Under the pieces are notes generated by a model. It was given only the letters and a program-made list of their open reading frames with translations, was not told where the DNA came from and ran no database searches. This document shows, piece after piece, positions 1 to 12,571 of a DNA stretch of 49,987 nt. Source of the stretch: Trichoplax sp. H2 (lineage: Eukaryota); assembly GCA_003344405.1 (NCBI GenBank), contig NOWV01000017.1, forward strand, positions 806,001 to 855,987. Reading direction: 5' to 3'. Position 1 is the first letter of the stretch; the number at the start of each line of letters is the position of its first letter. A program made the position numbers and the translations under genes.

Positions 1-3000
1 ATCACTACCATTACTTTGATTATTTCTCATTTATAAATCTTTATGATAACAATAGTGCGTAATCACATTATATTTAGTCTTTAAAACAGGTCATGTTTGC
101 AATGTACCTCTCCCATGACTTGAAATTGCAACGTTTGTTCAACTTTATCAGTCGTCCAGATTCTCAGACTACCATCAGCACCACATGTACCAAAGTACTT
201 ATCATCAGGACCACTAAATACTACATCGTTGACCTGAAATGCAAAGAATAACTTAGCTGTGTATAAGAGTTCACACAATATTGGTTAAGCCAATTAATTT
301 AATTAGGTATTAGCAGATTTTAGTGTCTATTTGAACCTGATTAGTTTGTCCACTGACTAAGCGAATACTAGCTCTTTCAGGCCAGTTAATGTACCACAGT
401 GTTCCAGCGGTTGTTCCAACAATTCCCTATACTCGTATAAACACATACAAATAATTATCGAATGATACTGTATACTGATAGCTTATGTATTTGGTATTCC
501 ATATTTAACATATACATATATATTGTGTCCGCTTTATCTATTGTAATATTCCTTACCGTATCAATTGATTCATCGAATGAAGCCGCGATTATAGCTCCAT
601 CTAAAGGCATTTCGTCTTCCATCGTTAATCCTTCGCTTCTTATACTAATTTTTTTAAAGAAATTAATATCTTGGTAATTGAAATTCAGTTGCTACCTTGC
701 GCGTACGCAATGTGCATAGTACACTTTAGTTACTGTAAAAGTACATTTGCAAAGGAGATGGTACCACTGCAATAGCTACTATCAATATTTCAAAAAGTAA
801 CTATATAATGGTATAAATAAAATGGGCACGTTACAAATTTTATCAAAAATTAACTGTAAAAATGATATAAAACAATGCCTGCATAACAAAATTATGTTAA
901 GTAGTTGCCCAATTAACTAGTTAATCATTCAATTGTTTATTACAAACCTGACTGAGCCGCCTGGCAATCTCATTTCCCCAATTCCTACTATAGACCAGAG
1001 GCGCAGATTGTTGGTACAACTACCAGTTACCATTCGACCTCCGCGACAGACAATTACACCTGTGCATTAAGTTTTCCAATTCATTAGGTGTCGTCAATTC
1101 ATCCAGAATTAAATATATCTTAATAAAAATGATACGTACCTATTTCCTTTTTATCCGCTTCCCAGTGAGCAAAGCATGAATTATTTCTGGTATCCCATGC
1201 GGTTATAATGCCTGCATTATTTTAGAAACATTAAATCATGACTTTGGCTACATAATACACATTACACATTTTATCTCACCAGAATTAGTGGCCGCATAAA
1301 GGATACTATCCCCAGCATATCCAACAGACGTGAAATCGACACAATTGTTAGACTTCTAATTGACAGTTAAAAGAAATAATCCAATACTATCACTCACGTA
1401 AAAATGATTAAGTTTAAGGTAAGAGTATTTTGTACGTATTAAACGAAGATTAAAATTACATTAAGCCGCGGCTTTAACAATTCTTCAGGGACTTCAGCTT
1501 CGTGCATCTAAGTAATTTAAGCAATCTTGGTATAAAAGCTGATACCGTATCTTTATACGTGTAATATAGTAGCGATCGCATTGCAATACATTGCAAATAT
1601 TTATAGTATGCTCTTACGTTCAAGCTAATGGTATAGTTAGTCTCATCTAGTAGCCAAAATTTTATTTTGCCATTAGCTCCAACAGAAGAAAATTCGTTGA
1701 CAGTGTAGGGATCCCAACATAGATCATGTATTGGCTCAGTTAATTGCGTAGCTGCAAGCACTGAATGATCATTCGTACTCCATACAACAATTGCACAGTC
1801 TAGATAATTTCCTAATAAGAAATAAATTGCATTGGATTAAGAAATGAGTATATTTAAAAAGTACTAAAAGAAATTTCTGGTATTAATGCTCTGCATACTG
1901 ATAACATACCTACAGATATTAAAAACCGATCGTCTCGTGAAAATGCAAGACAACATATATCGCCTTTATGGTGTTTCAATATCTGTTTAAAAAATCACCG
2001 AATACGGAGTATATATGATATATATTATATAAAAAGTTAATTTTTAAATACTCTGCAAATAGCAAAGGCATAATGTATTAAAATCAGTACCTTTTCACAT
2101 ATTCCTGATTTGGTATTCCATAAACAAATATGACCGTTATCTTTAGATTCTAAAGCAGCTGAAGCCAGAACCTAAATTTATATCAAATAGAGATTCGATC
2201 AAGGACTTAAAAGTAGGGTAAATACTGCAGTATCATAACAATTAAAAGAATAAATCTTTGTAAATAATAATAGGATACTGTATGCTGTATATTACTACAG
2301 TATGTAATACAGCAATAACACACCTGGCAGTCGTTTTGCAATGCCAGTGTTGATACTTCTTCTATGTGTCCTACAAATAGTAGTTTAATGTTATGCTATT
2401 AAGATATGTATCATCAATACTACCGTACCATAATACTACAACATTCATAATCTTAAGCTTTACGAGAAAAATTATCAAAAAATATACCATTTGCAATTTC
2501 AATTACCTTTAAGATGCGTTTGTTTCCCAGTTTGTAAATCCTCAATTACAATGATACATCCGTTCGTATAAGCGAAGAATCCTAAGAATTATTAACAGAG
2601 AATTAATCAATCAATTAATACACTTGATTACACTATACAAAAAGGCTTTGCTACCAGTATCCGGATGCCACACCATATTCCCACGTCCACAACCATTGTA
2701 ACCGACTGTACTATGAAGTTTGAGACCTGCTTGATTCGGAGGAGCAGCATAGCGTCGCTAATAATAAATATGAGAATTAGATACAGCTGAAGCGAATATC
2801 GGAAATTAAAATTCTTAGTACCGTAGCTAAAGTTGATTGTCTGTTTCGTCTTGTATAATGCTTCATAACCGCAGGTGTTGGATGTGAAGTAGGCAGTAAT
2901 AATGCTTTATTGGTGAATGGCTTCGTTGATTCAGAATCCGATATACTTGGCTCTTCGCTAGCTTCGAATATCCTTTCATTATTACCTTCCTGTAGCACAT

Positions 3001-6000
3001 TGAGGGAAGAAATTATAGCAATTATTGAGTAAAGTACCTATGTATAATACGAAAATAGTAGGTTATACCTTAGTTCCTGCCGATGTAAGATTCGCGTTTG
3101 TTTCTTGCTGCAATGATACCACACCTAATTCTTCATCCTGATAATTTTCACTTGCTGAAACAGAATTGGATTCATCTTCTCGCTCGCTTTGATCACTTGT
3201 AGCTTCAATCTCGTCCGCATCTTCGTTACTTAACTGTAATTTCCTACGAGTACTTGGACTTTGGGTAATTGGTATTGGTTGAGGGATCGTAGATCGAGGT
3301 TTGTACTCTTTATATTCATTCATAGTTACATCTTGGCTAGGCTGATCAATGGCGATTGATCGATCTAATGATAGGTGTTAAAGGATTAGTCTATCGTAAT
3401 GAAGCCTCGCATTTTGCAAATTATGATAATGTTGACAATATTTTGAAACCTTAATACAGGTTTCTAGTTATTGAATATGAATCATAATAAATTAACCTGG
3501 AATAGATGAGATAAATGACCTTGCATTTTCGGATTTACTGGAAGAGAAAATAGTTTAATAAGCCTACTAATACATGGAATTAAATAAACCTTGCTACATG
3601 CAACACAAACTAAATTTACCTAGATGTATACCCCATAAAATTCCATATGAATATTCCATCTCCAACACTAATAAGTCCATCCATATCAGGAGTGAACATA
3701 ACTTGGTTGATGCGCGATGAATGTCCAATAAAGAGCTACAATAAAGTTTCATATCTACTTATCACCTTATCATTAAGATTTTGCAAGAAAATCATGAATT
3801 GTATCAAAGAAAGCGGCTGCTATCAAATTTTACTTTATAGCTGCCTAATCCTAACCTGATAATTCTGATCAAGTCTCATATGATAGTCCCAAATTTTAAT
3901 TACTTTATCACCAGCGGTTGCAAGATATCTGCTATCTAAGCTGACATCTAAACTAGTACACTCTTCGCGATGTATATTTCTAACCTGTTAGGCAAGCATT
4001 GCAAGAGTAAATGGCGGAACGTGATTAAATTAAACCTAACTCGATGATAAGTTTTCTCACATGTTCATTACATACCTCGCTAAGTAATTGTCCATTATTT
4101 GCACTAAATCGCAATAGCTTACAAGATGAAGTAATCACAAGGAGTTCATTGGTTTTTGCTGGCGCAAAATGCACTTTAACTGCCCTGTCAGTTGTTGTAG
4201 ATCCGGCAGCAGCTGTTACAGCATTACCGATATCGATTTTTAGTACCTAAAAACAGTGAAAAAATTAATACCCAAATCAATAAGTAATCTGTTCACTCAC
4301 TAAAATGTAGTAATATGCTGCAATGTCAAAAATTGAGCATGTATTCATGAGATCACCTCATCAAGGGATCTGGCATCCATGATTGTTACGGTAAATTCTG
4401 TTGGGCCAACAAAAACGATTCTTTTACTATCACTACTAACAGATATCGCATCTGGGCCATAAATATCTCCTCGCGCAATAGTATACGGTAGCAGGCGTAA
4501 CAAATCGTACGTCTGTGAAGTGGCATCATATAATGCAATAGCTCCTAGAGTACCAGCGCTATACATAAATCTACCGCTTGGCGAAAAGGCCAATCCTATA
4601 ATACGCCCAGGGTGGTTTTTGCTAATAAAGTTTAGTAATACATTTAGCTTTAGATAACAATATTTGGAGGGTAGACAGAAACGTACACTTGTATCATTTA
4701 ATCAATGTAGTGCAATATTTGTTAAAATCTCTAATTTCAAACATACCTATGTTCAGCTAGTAAACTAGATGTTCCGACATGGAAAGTTCGAACAGTTCCG
4801 TTTGTAAAGCCACAGGCAAAACACTGCTGACTTGGATGATAACAAATGGCACAAGGAACTTCTCCAGGTGCTTTAAAGTCGAAGAGCTGTGAAATATTAT
4901 GCTATCATTATACTTTACCGTTCAACATTGAAATTAAAATTAAGCAAAAACGGCACCTGCGCATAAGTATCTATATCCCAAATTCGAATAGTCTCATCTC
5001 GCGATGCAGTTACCAAATGTCTGCGATGAGAATCAATAGATGCTGCAACTACTTGATCCAGATGTGATCTCATAATCGTAACGTAGTTACGAGTAGAATA
5101 TTCCAAATAGCCGACATTCCCCTATTAAAGCCAAATTTAAATAATATTTTATATCACATATTGCGCAAGTTAAATTCCTCCATAGGTATTATACGAGATA
5201 TCAATTGCTAAAAATAGCAACTTGAACTGAACTATAAGTACCGTTTTTGTAGTTACTAGTATTCGTGATCCGTCCTTTGTAACGTCAATAGCGGCAATCG
5301 GTCCTTCATGTTCTAATCATTATTTTTATTACATTAGATACGTTTCATCGTAAATTTAGGCAGGAACAAAAGGCTTAAATAACAATCATCGCTGTGAGTA
5401 ATATAATAACCTGCTTCCAGCAAAATAGTTTTAAAATCAAAAGCCCATAAACGTAAATAACCATCATCCGTTCCAATAGCGAAGAATGATATTCCGGGAC
5501 GAATGGTGTTAATACTAGAAACACTACTTTTAGAATCGGGGCCAACTGATGTCAAGGTATACACATGATCAATACATATTCTTCCATAATGAATTTCATA
5601 TATACGTCCGGAAGCGCTCGATGCAAATCTAATGAAATAAAGTGGTCAAGTTTAAGGTATTATGCAAGCAGATGGTATATTAAAATTTCAAATTAATTAC
5701 TAATCAGAATTTAGTTAGTACTAACAGTCTCCTATCTGGCACATTTTGTGACACATTGAATTCATCAGCAAAAACGATGTCTGTGAATTCTTCGTTATGA
5801 TAATCTTTTAAATTAACGGGACAAGATCTAAGGCTTTGTTCACGTATTCGCCAAAATCGTATATTCTCAAGGCCACATGATACAAGTCTACAAGTTATGT
5901 TGATATTGCTTAATGTGACAATATAAAATTAAAATTTTTTTAAAATCTTTAGTTAATAAATCTACCTAGTACTATCAAAGGCAGAAATTTTCATTTTAGA

Positions 6001-9000
6001 TATGTTTGCGTCTGTATGAGCCTTAGCAATGACAGTGACTTCCCCAGATTTTTGAGCGTCTGATGTATTCCAAACTATGACTAACTGTAAATTGTAAATA
6101 TAATTTTTTTAGTATACAGAAACTTCGTCACTGCTTCGACCATGATACTAATTAACTTATCAGAATTGTAACCAAATAAACAAAACTCTACCTGTTTGCC
6201 ATGATTATCTTTGCCAACACCACATAGTGTATCTCCAGAAAACGAAAAACTATGGGTACATCAAGCAAAAAATTACAGATACAGTTTAGATTGAATGCAA
6301 CTATTAATATCAAAACTTTTAGCGCTTCAATGAATGAGTACTATTTCAATCTTAATCATTTTCATACCTTAATAAATAAACAGAATGGACATGAGATTTA
6401 AACATTGCAAGGCAATCACCACGATAAAAATCCCAAATTCTTATCACTGGCAATTGGCCGGTTTGCGAGGACGCAAAAACAGTAGAATTACCATTGAAAG
6501 AAAGAGAAGAAATCTATATCAAGAAATTTTTGAAAAGTAATAGCATTAGGTAAACAAAACTTTAAATCAGTAGAACTATTTTGGGATAGCAATGCTACCT
6601 TATCTGTATGTCCTATAAACAGCCTCTGGTCTCCACTGCTAACTTCCATTGCAACGATGACAGCATTACAGGCATAGAGTACATGAGAACCATCACAAGT
6701 CCATAATGCCTTTCGTTAAAATGTTAATTATGTCTTATTTTCCATGTTTAATCAATAAACACTACTTACGTAAATAGCTATTTCATTGTAGTGGTACACC
6801 AATATAACTAATGATTTACCTCACTTGTACTGCCACCAAAGCCAATGATACGTTTCAGGTTCAATATTGGATCTGGTTTCAATTTCTAAGATTCAGTTTA
6901 AATAATTTTAAGCGTCAGGAAAGCTATTGATTACTTTTTGACATTTGATTGATGGAATGAATAATTATGCAAATAGTCCAAAAAATTTTACCTTTAACTT
7001 CGATTCTTCAGCCTTAGGAGCAGTTATAACTTTAGAGCGGACCTAGGCAAAAATAAATAATTAGAAAATGTAAGAGAATTACCAATAGCAGATAAATAAT
7101 AACATGGATATTGTCAATTATTATTATACCCGTCCCGTTTTCTTATCGTGTTCATGAATTACGATTTGTTGCTTAGGATAAGCATAGACATGCACTTCAC
7201 CATTATTGTCCGGGCAAGCACCAACTGGACCGTCAGCAGTGCCAGCTTTGGGTAACTTAGATGGTACCTCACGTACCTATAACACGCACACCCCAATGTA
7301 TATATTAATTCATTATAATTCTTAAAGTTAGTAATCTAATAGTCGCTATAGCTCCTATAAATCAGCTAATCATTACCATATTTAGCTCTAACCTTAGTTT
7401 GTGGAGGTGTACCAAGTTTCAAAGGATTGTCAGGAATCTCTTTAACTTTATTCTACATAAGATGGAGTTAAATCGAAATAATTACTAATCAAATCAACCT
7501 AGAATGGTCAAATACAGGCTATCTGATTATAAATTCTAACTGATACGAAAGTTTTAGTACCTTTTTTCTGCTTGGTTTAATAAATCCTAGGGAATCTGAT
7601 ACCATTACAAAATATCAATATTTATGTAAAATTATCGATTATAAGAAGGTATACTTATAGTTTCTACGAAAAGTAACTATTAACGAAATAAGCTATTCTG
7701 CGTAACTTACGTTCTTTAGTATTATCAGTCATCATTGATTGCCAATCCGTTTTATTTCTATGTGTATCAACAGGGAATTTTATGCAATCATAAACGTCGT
7801 ACCAATCACGTCCTTTGGCTATAGGGAATGTCATTTCTCGTGGTAATGGCTCAATGCCAGCAACGGCAGTTTTACGACGGCTAGTTGAGAAACTCAGCCC
7901 TGATATAAGTAATAAATGGTTCAGTATCGTGTGTAGAGAGTATAAGTACATCGGTTTCGTAACATATAGAGTTTTACATATACATTACAATGAAGAGAAA
8001 ATAAATGATAGCCGATGCAACGTACCAGGTTCATATTCCATATCGCTAGTGAATATACCTTTGACATACATATTGGCACATAGTCTGATGCTTTTTAGAT
8101 ATGCATACTTATAATTTAGATAAGCTGATAAAACATATGACATGTCCAAAAGTAGAACAGTCCATCGCGTAGCAGAAGGTGCAGTATCAGGCTGATCTAA
8201 AGGCGCGATGAGGCAATCATATAATTTACAACAATAGATTAAGTAATCAGTTAGTATTCATTGATATTACGGTATACTGTAAGATAAGCCTACTTTGATG
8301 ACTAGTGGAAAAACCCATCGATGTAATTTCATCGATCGAACCATTAGCAGGTTTAACAATAAACGGAAATTGTAACCACGTAGAAGTAGATTTAAATTCT
8401 CGAAATAAATTTGAGAATGATATCCGTACAATTAAGCCATCGTCAGTAGCTACATCCATATGGACGACAAAGTACTTGGATGGTATCGGTCGAAAAAGAA
8501 GATAAAGATATCGGCCAATCAAGCCTAAAGATTGAGAAGATGTCTTTGGGATTTGTAAGTAATTGCTAGCTGGTATCGAGCCGATAATCTTGAAGACGGA
8601 TGAACGTAACGTTTTGTCCTATAAATCATGTACCGAATCCATTATATAAATCATTTCTGATGCATTATGTTGTAAGCTGATAGACCGATAAACATCTAGA
8701 AGAGCTAGCTTTTGAATTTGCTAATTAGATAAGGAGGCATTCTACGAAAAAATTCTACTGCTACTACTACAAATAGAATATACTTTATGTACGGGTAACA
8801 AACTAACTCTTATGTTCTACGTATATGTGTATATATATATATATATGTTAAAGAAATTTCAATACCCTTCCTCAAGCTGATTATTTTACTGTATCTACGG
8901 TATTACATAACAACTAGAAAAAAGGCTGGTCGAAGATATGTTAGATCAGTAATTATTGAGCGATAAGCAGATATATTTTGATGTTATAAAACACAGTAGC

Positions 9001-10571
9001 AAGCGTTTATAAATGAATTTCAAGTGTCGATGTCAAATGCTGAGATGCGATAGTTAATACTTGTACAGTACAATGCTAAATAATTATTTTACTGAAGCAC
9101 AGTAATGCTATAGAACGAAGCAATAACAAATATGGTCCACTGTACAGTAAGTATCTTTACCATGGTAACCAATGCATCGCCTTCTTTGCTAGCTCGTTTA
9201 AGATTGAAGACATCGAAATGCTTGAAGACATTAACATAAGGTTGCTGCCACACTATAACCATGAAAATAGAATTCATGAAAATTAAACATTAAAATAGTT
9301 AGAGTCATATTTATGATTAGTAAGTGCACCGCTATTAGCATACGTATTGCGTATTCCATTGTAATACAGTAGATATTAATTATCATACAAGCAATTTAGT
9401 TATTTGTAGTTCTGTAATGTTAACCTATACTTTATCGACATATAATAAAAATGTAACATCCTATCTGTATTAGGCTGATGGCATGCTCTATTTCCATTCA
9501 ACATGACTAAATTCACTGAAAGTGGGTTACTACTGTACTACTATAGTGGATCGTAAGATAAATAAAAAATTCAACCCATTTTAAAAGTGACTACTACAAT
9601 AAAATGATAAAGATTGGATTTACTACAGATTAATGATATTAATTATCGAATCAACTTTAAGATGTACTACAGTAAAATGGTGAACATTAGATTAACTACA
9701 GACTAATTGATTACCGATAATGAATTATCTATCAACTTTAAAAATTGACTACAGTAAAACGGTCAAAATTGGATTACTATGTACAGGCTGTGATTATTGC
9801 TACATGCAAACTGCAAGTCTGCAACAGTAACATAAGTCGTGGATGTACACTGATTGTACAGGTACGGCTGGCCTTTCAATCTGCCTTTACTCGATGCATA
9901 CATCTCGCTAATATGATTGCAAGAATCTTGCAAGCACTTGCAATAGACCCGAGTGCAAGATTCCTTATGTTTGTTCTATCCGATTAACTTGGAGATGAAG
10001 TTAATTATTGCCATTCTTGATGATATGGGTGAGTAATAAGTCTTAGGAATGATGCAATGCCATTTTACACACATACAGTAATCATGACTGTCATTGCATT
10101 TTACATTGGTGCTACTGAAACGTGGCAAGGTGACCATTAACTTCAATGTAAACTTACATTTGGACATGTTGTCAATAATTTGAACAAGCTTGAAATCTCT
10201 TGTATTGACCGTCAAAATTATTCAATGGCAACACCATCAAAGTAATGCAGTAAATTAATTAATGACAAGAGGAATAAGTTCAAAATGGCCGATCAAGTTG
10301 TAGGCTACTATTTCCGGTTGGGACCAGACTGGCAATAGCTAAAATCAGTCAATGGCTGAAGAAGACAGTTTTCAAAGGAGTGACACACGGAGCTGGAGTC
10401 AACCTGCAAGATTGAATCGCCGCTGGCTGACGTACCCAAGATCGTGTCAATAAACTGTAACTGAGCAGGTAGCGGTCACACCAACTGAAGTGACCGTTAA
10501 TAGCTTACATAAAAGTGATAGCAGCACAAAACAAGCATCCTGTTTGTCTTACAGTTAGAGTACTCTATCAT
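1..10571 (-). CDS. WDR90: WD repeat-containing protein 90 (centriolar/ciliary; N-terminal CFAP20/DUF667-like domain plus many WD40 repeats); multi-exon, 3' end beyond window start
   Basis: Exon 9252-9161 reads WQQPYVNVFKHFDVFNLKRASKEGDALVTM. The next exon (from 8618) reads DKTLRSSVFKIIGSIPASNYLQIPKTSSQSLGLIGRYLYLLFRPIPSKYFVVHMDV...SFSNLFREFKSTSTWLQFPF, matching the WDR90 N-terminus as I recall it. Many short GT-AG exons with WD40 motifs follow down to ~113 (e.g. LVTASRDETIRIWD, GTDDGYLRLWAF, TCGADGSLRIWT). Proposed first coding exon 10571-10553 (MIEYSN, phase 1, gtaaga donor); an in-frame ATG at 9262 is an alternative start. Confidence 0.93.
8830..8846. repeat. (AT)n microsatellite in WDR90 intron
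   Basis: atatatatatatatat run seen directly. Confidence 0.7.
9575..9780. repeat. Degenerate tandem repeat, about 3 copies of ~75-80 bp, in putative WDR90 first intron
   Basis: Recurring ttaa..actaca(g/a)taaaa(t/c)g..a.att(g/a)gatt.actacaga...aattatc..atcaactttaa units starting near 9581, 9657 and 9738. Confidence 0.7.
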
Positions 10572-10611
10572 GCCTCTCTACGATACGCTTTACACTGAAT
10601 AAACCAGCCAT

Positions 10612-10940
10612 CAATACTGTACAATGTACAGTACATCTACTGTACACTGTACAATACTGTACTCACTCAGTCAACCGTATCTGGTACAGTACTACTACAG
10701 TACTGTACTGTACTGCTACAGTACTACTGGATATTCGTAGTACCGTACTGTTTAGAGACACGGCCGAGAGGAGACGTACCGCGAAAAAATTTTGAAATAA
10801 TTGGACATGCGTATATTCGCGGTCCCGGTTGCCGTCTGTAATACTGTACACGTCTGTACGTCTGTACTGTACAAATTACAAAAGGCTACAGTACAGACGT
10901 ACTGTACTGTCAATGATCATAACGTTACTGTACTGTACAG
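10612..10940. promoter_or_regulatory. Putative WDR90 promoter: TACTGTAC/TACAGTA cluster around a CpG-rich core
   Basis: Dense tactgt/acagta motifs begin about 40 nt upstream of the proposed WDR90 ATG. The GC-rich core 10755-10840 contains the inverted pair accgcgaa/ttcgcggt. Confidence 0.55.
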
Positions 10941-11415
10941 GGTGTCTCATAAAAAATCGACGACGATTGAAATGATCTGAAAACGTAATATCATGACCAA
11001 ATTGGACAAATTTAGTATCAATCGATAGCTTAGATGTGTAAAAATTCAAGTATCATAATAAAAAATGTAAAAAATATCCATTAATATGTTACATTGTTGG
11101 GGATGATCGGGTAGGAAATGAACATGGACTACTAAATACCAGTGTCGAGCAGAATCTGATAGTCCATAGAATAGAATGAATTTATCCGATCTGAATTTAT
11201 TGGATTTAATATAATTTTGAAATCTGACGCATGCACATCCTGGATGATTTGATGCCTACCTACATTGATCTGTTACATATACACACAAGCCGAGCTGGAA
11301 GGCACTCATCTCTAGAATACGAATTGAAAAGTTTTAACAATTTCAAGCCATACCCTTAACCCTAATATCAGTGCTACGTCTCAACAGTCACTGCGTAAAT
11401 CTACAGGACACTGTA
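10936..11415 (+). mobile_element. Possible decayed, internally deleted Tc1/mariner-like element
   Basis: Begins TA-CAGGGTGTCTCATAAAA (typical Tc1/mariner TIR start after TA) and ends in a degenerate GGACACTG-TA. Internal broken fragments SDLNLLD and ELEGTHL weakly resemble the SPDLNPLD and GGHFE motifs of mariner-type transposases. Confidence 0.35.
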
Positions 11416-12571
11416 CACCATGCCAGTCTAAAGAAAAAGAGGCACTGGTAGTGGTAATGAGCTGTACAGTTGTAAAGTAAATCAATCTCAGTAATAGCAT
11501 AACATGCATCCAACGAACCGCTATGTCCGTATATTATACATACGATTACAACATATACTCGTAATGGCCAGGTATAGGACATCATGTTTCATTATTATTG
11601 TTTATTAGGAATTTCATAGTTGATCATTGAGCGAACACGAGTGTAGCTCTAGTCAGAGACCATTCGTCTCTGATGTAATATATCGATTGCTATAATCACC
11701 ATCAGTCAAAAACTACAAGGCTTATCCGTACTGCAAATGGTTTGCAACTGGAGCTATAGACTTTTTCTACCAGAAATTTGGATAAAATTATAATGAACTT
11801 ATTGTAGTGGATATATTGGTGTAAGTATGATACAGCACCGGATACTAGACTATTAGATAACTGGTACTAGATGATTTAAGAGTATCGCTACCTTAACACT
11901 CTGTAGACTTTTATCGGCACATTAGATTATCCACAAAAAAGTTATTAAATCCAGCTGACGTTAAGTTACGTAACAGCATAGCGCAGTCAAAGACTACAAA
12001 AAGATGCTGCAAGCCTGTACAGAATTGCGTAACATCAATAGATATACGGTAAGAGTACGCATTCATACTCAGAGTAAATGCACATTTAAGCTAAATTGAT
12101 GTGACATTGGAATGCACTGTTCAAAATACCAATACAGTACAACTTATACTGTCATCGGGTATACGAAATATCAACATAGTAAGCAAAACCTATGGTATGC
12201 ACATGATATATATTATGCACACTACAAGTCAAATTGATGCTCTTGCCTACAGCTCAAGGACATAAAACAGTAAATGTCAACGCAATAAAAAATGTTTTAA
12301 AAAGCAAACAGGTTATCAATTAACTAATACACGTAGCAAGCTAAAAGAATTTCTATGAAGTAAAATGCATAATATCACATTGTCTGAGAATATAGTAATA
12401 ACATTGTTCAATGAATCATGGATAGACACATATTTTCAAGTTCAATTTAGTAAAAATAGCTGTGCGTCAAAACTTATATTACAGTACCAATTTATTATTA
12501 TATTGCAAAGTAGCTATACAATAAATCAGAATAGTTTCTTATATCTTCTGGTAAGCATCATAGGAGCCTAT

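Noticed and set aside
9156..9169. Near-perfect RFX X-box TTTACCATGGTAAC in ciliary gene WDR90
   Set aside because: Overlaps coding sequence and a splice donor, so it is explained by those constraints; it is also far from the likely TSS.
11340..11780. Telomerase RNA candidate: template-like TAACCCTAA (~11357), P6.1-like GAG-TGTAG-CTC (~11640) and hairpin tcagagac/gtctctga
   Set aside because: No U-rich pseudoknot tract after the template, the P6.1 stem and loop residues do not fit, there is no convincing terminal ACA, and it overlaps the suspected transposon relic. An Infernal search would settle it.
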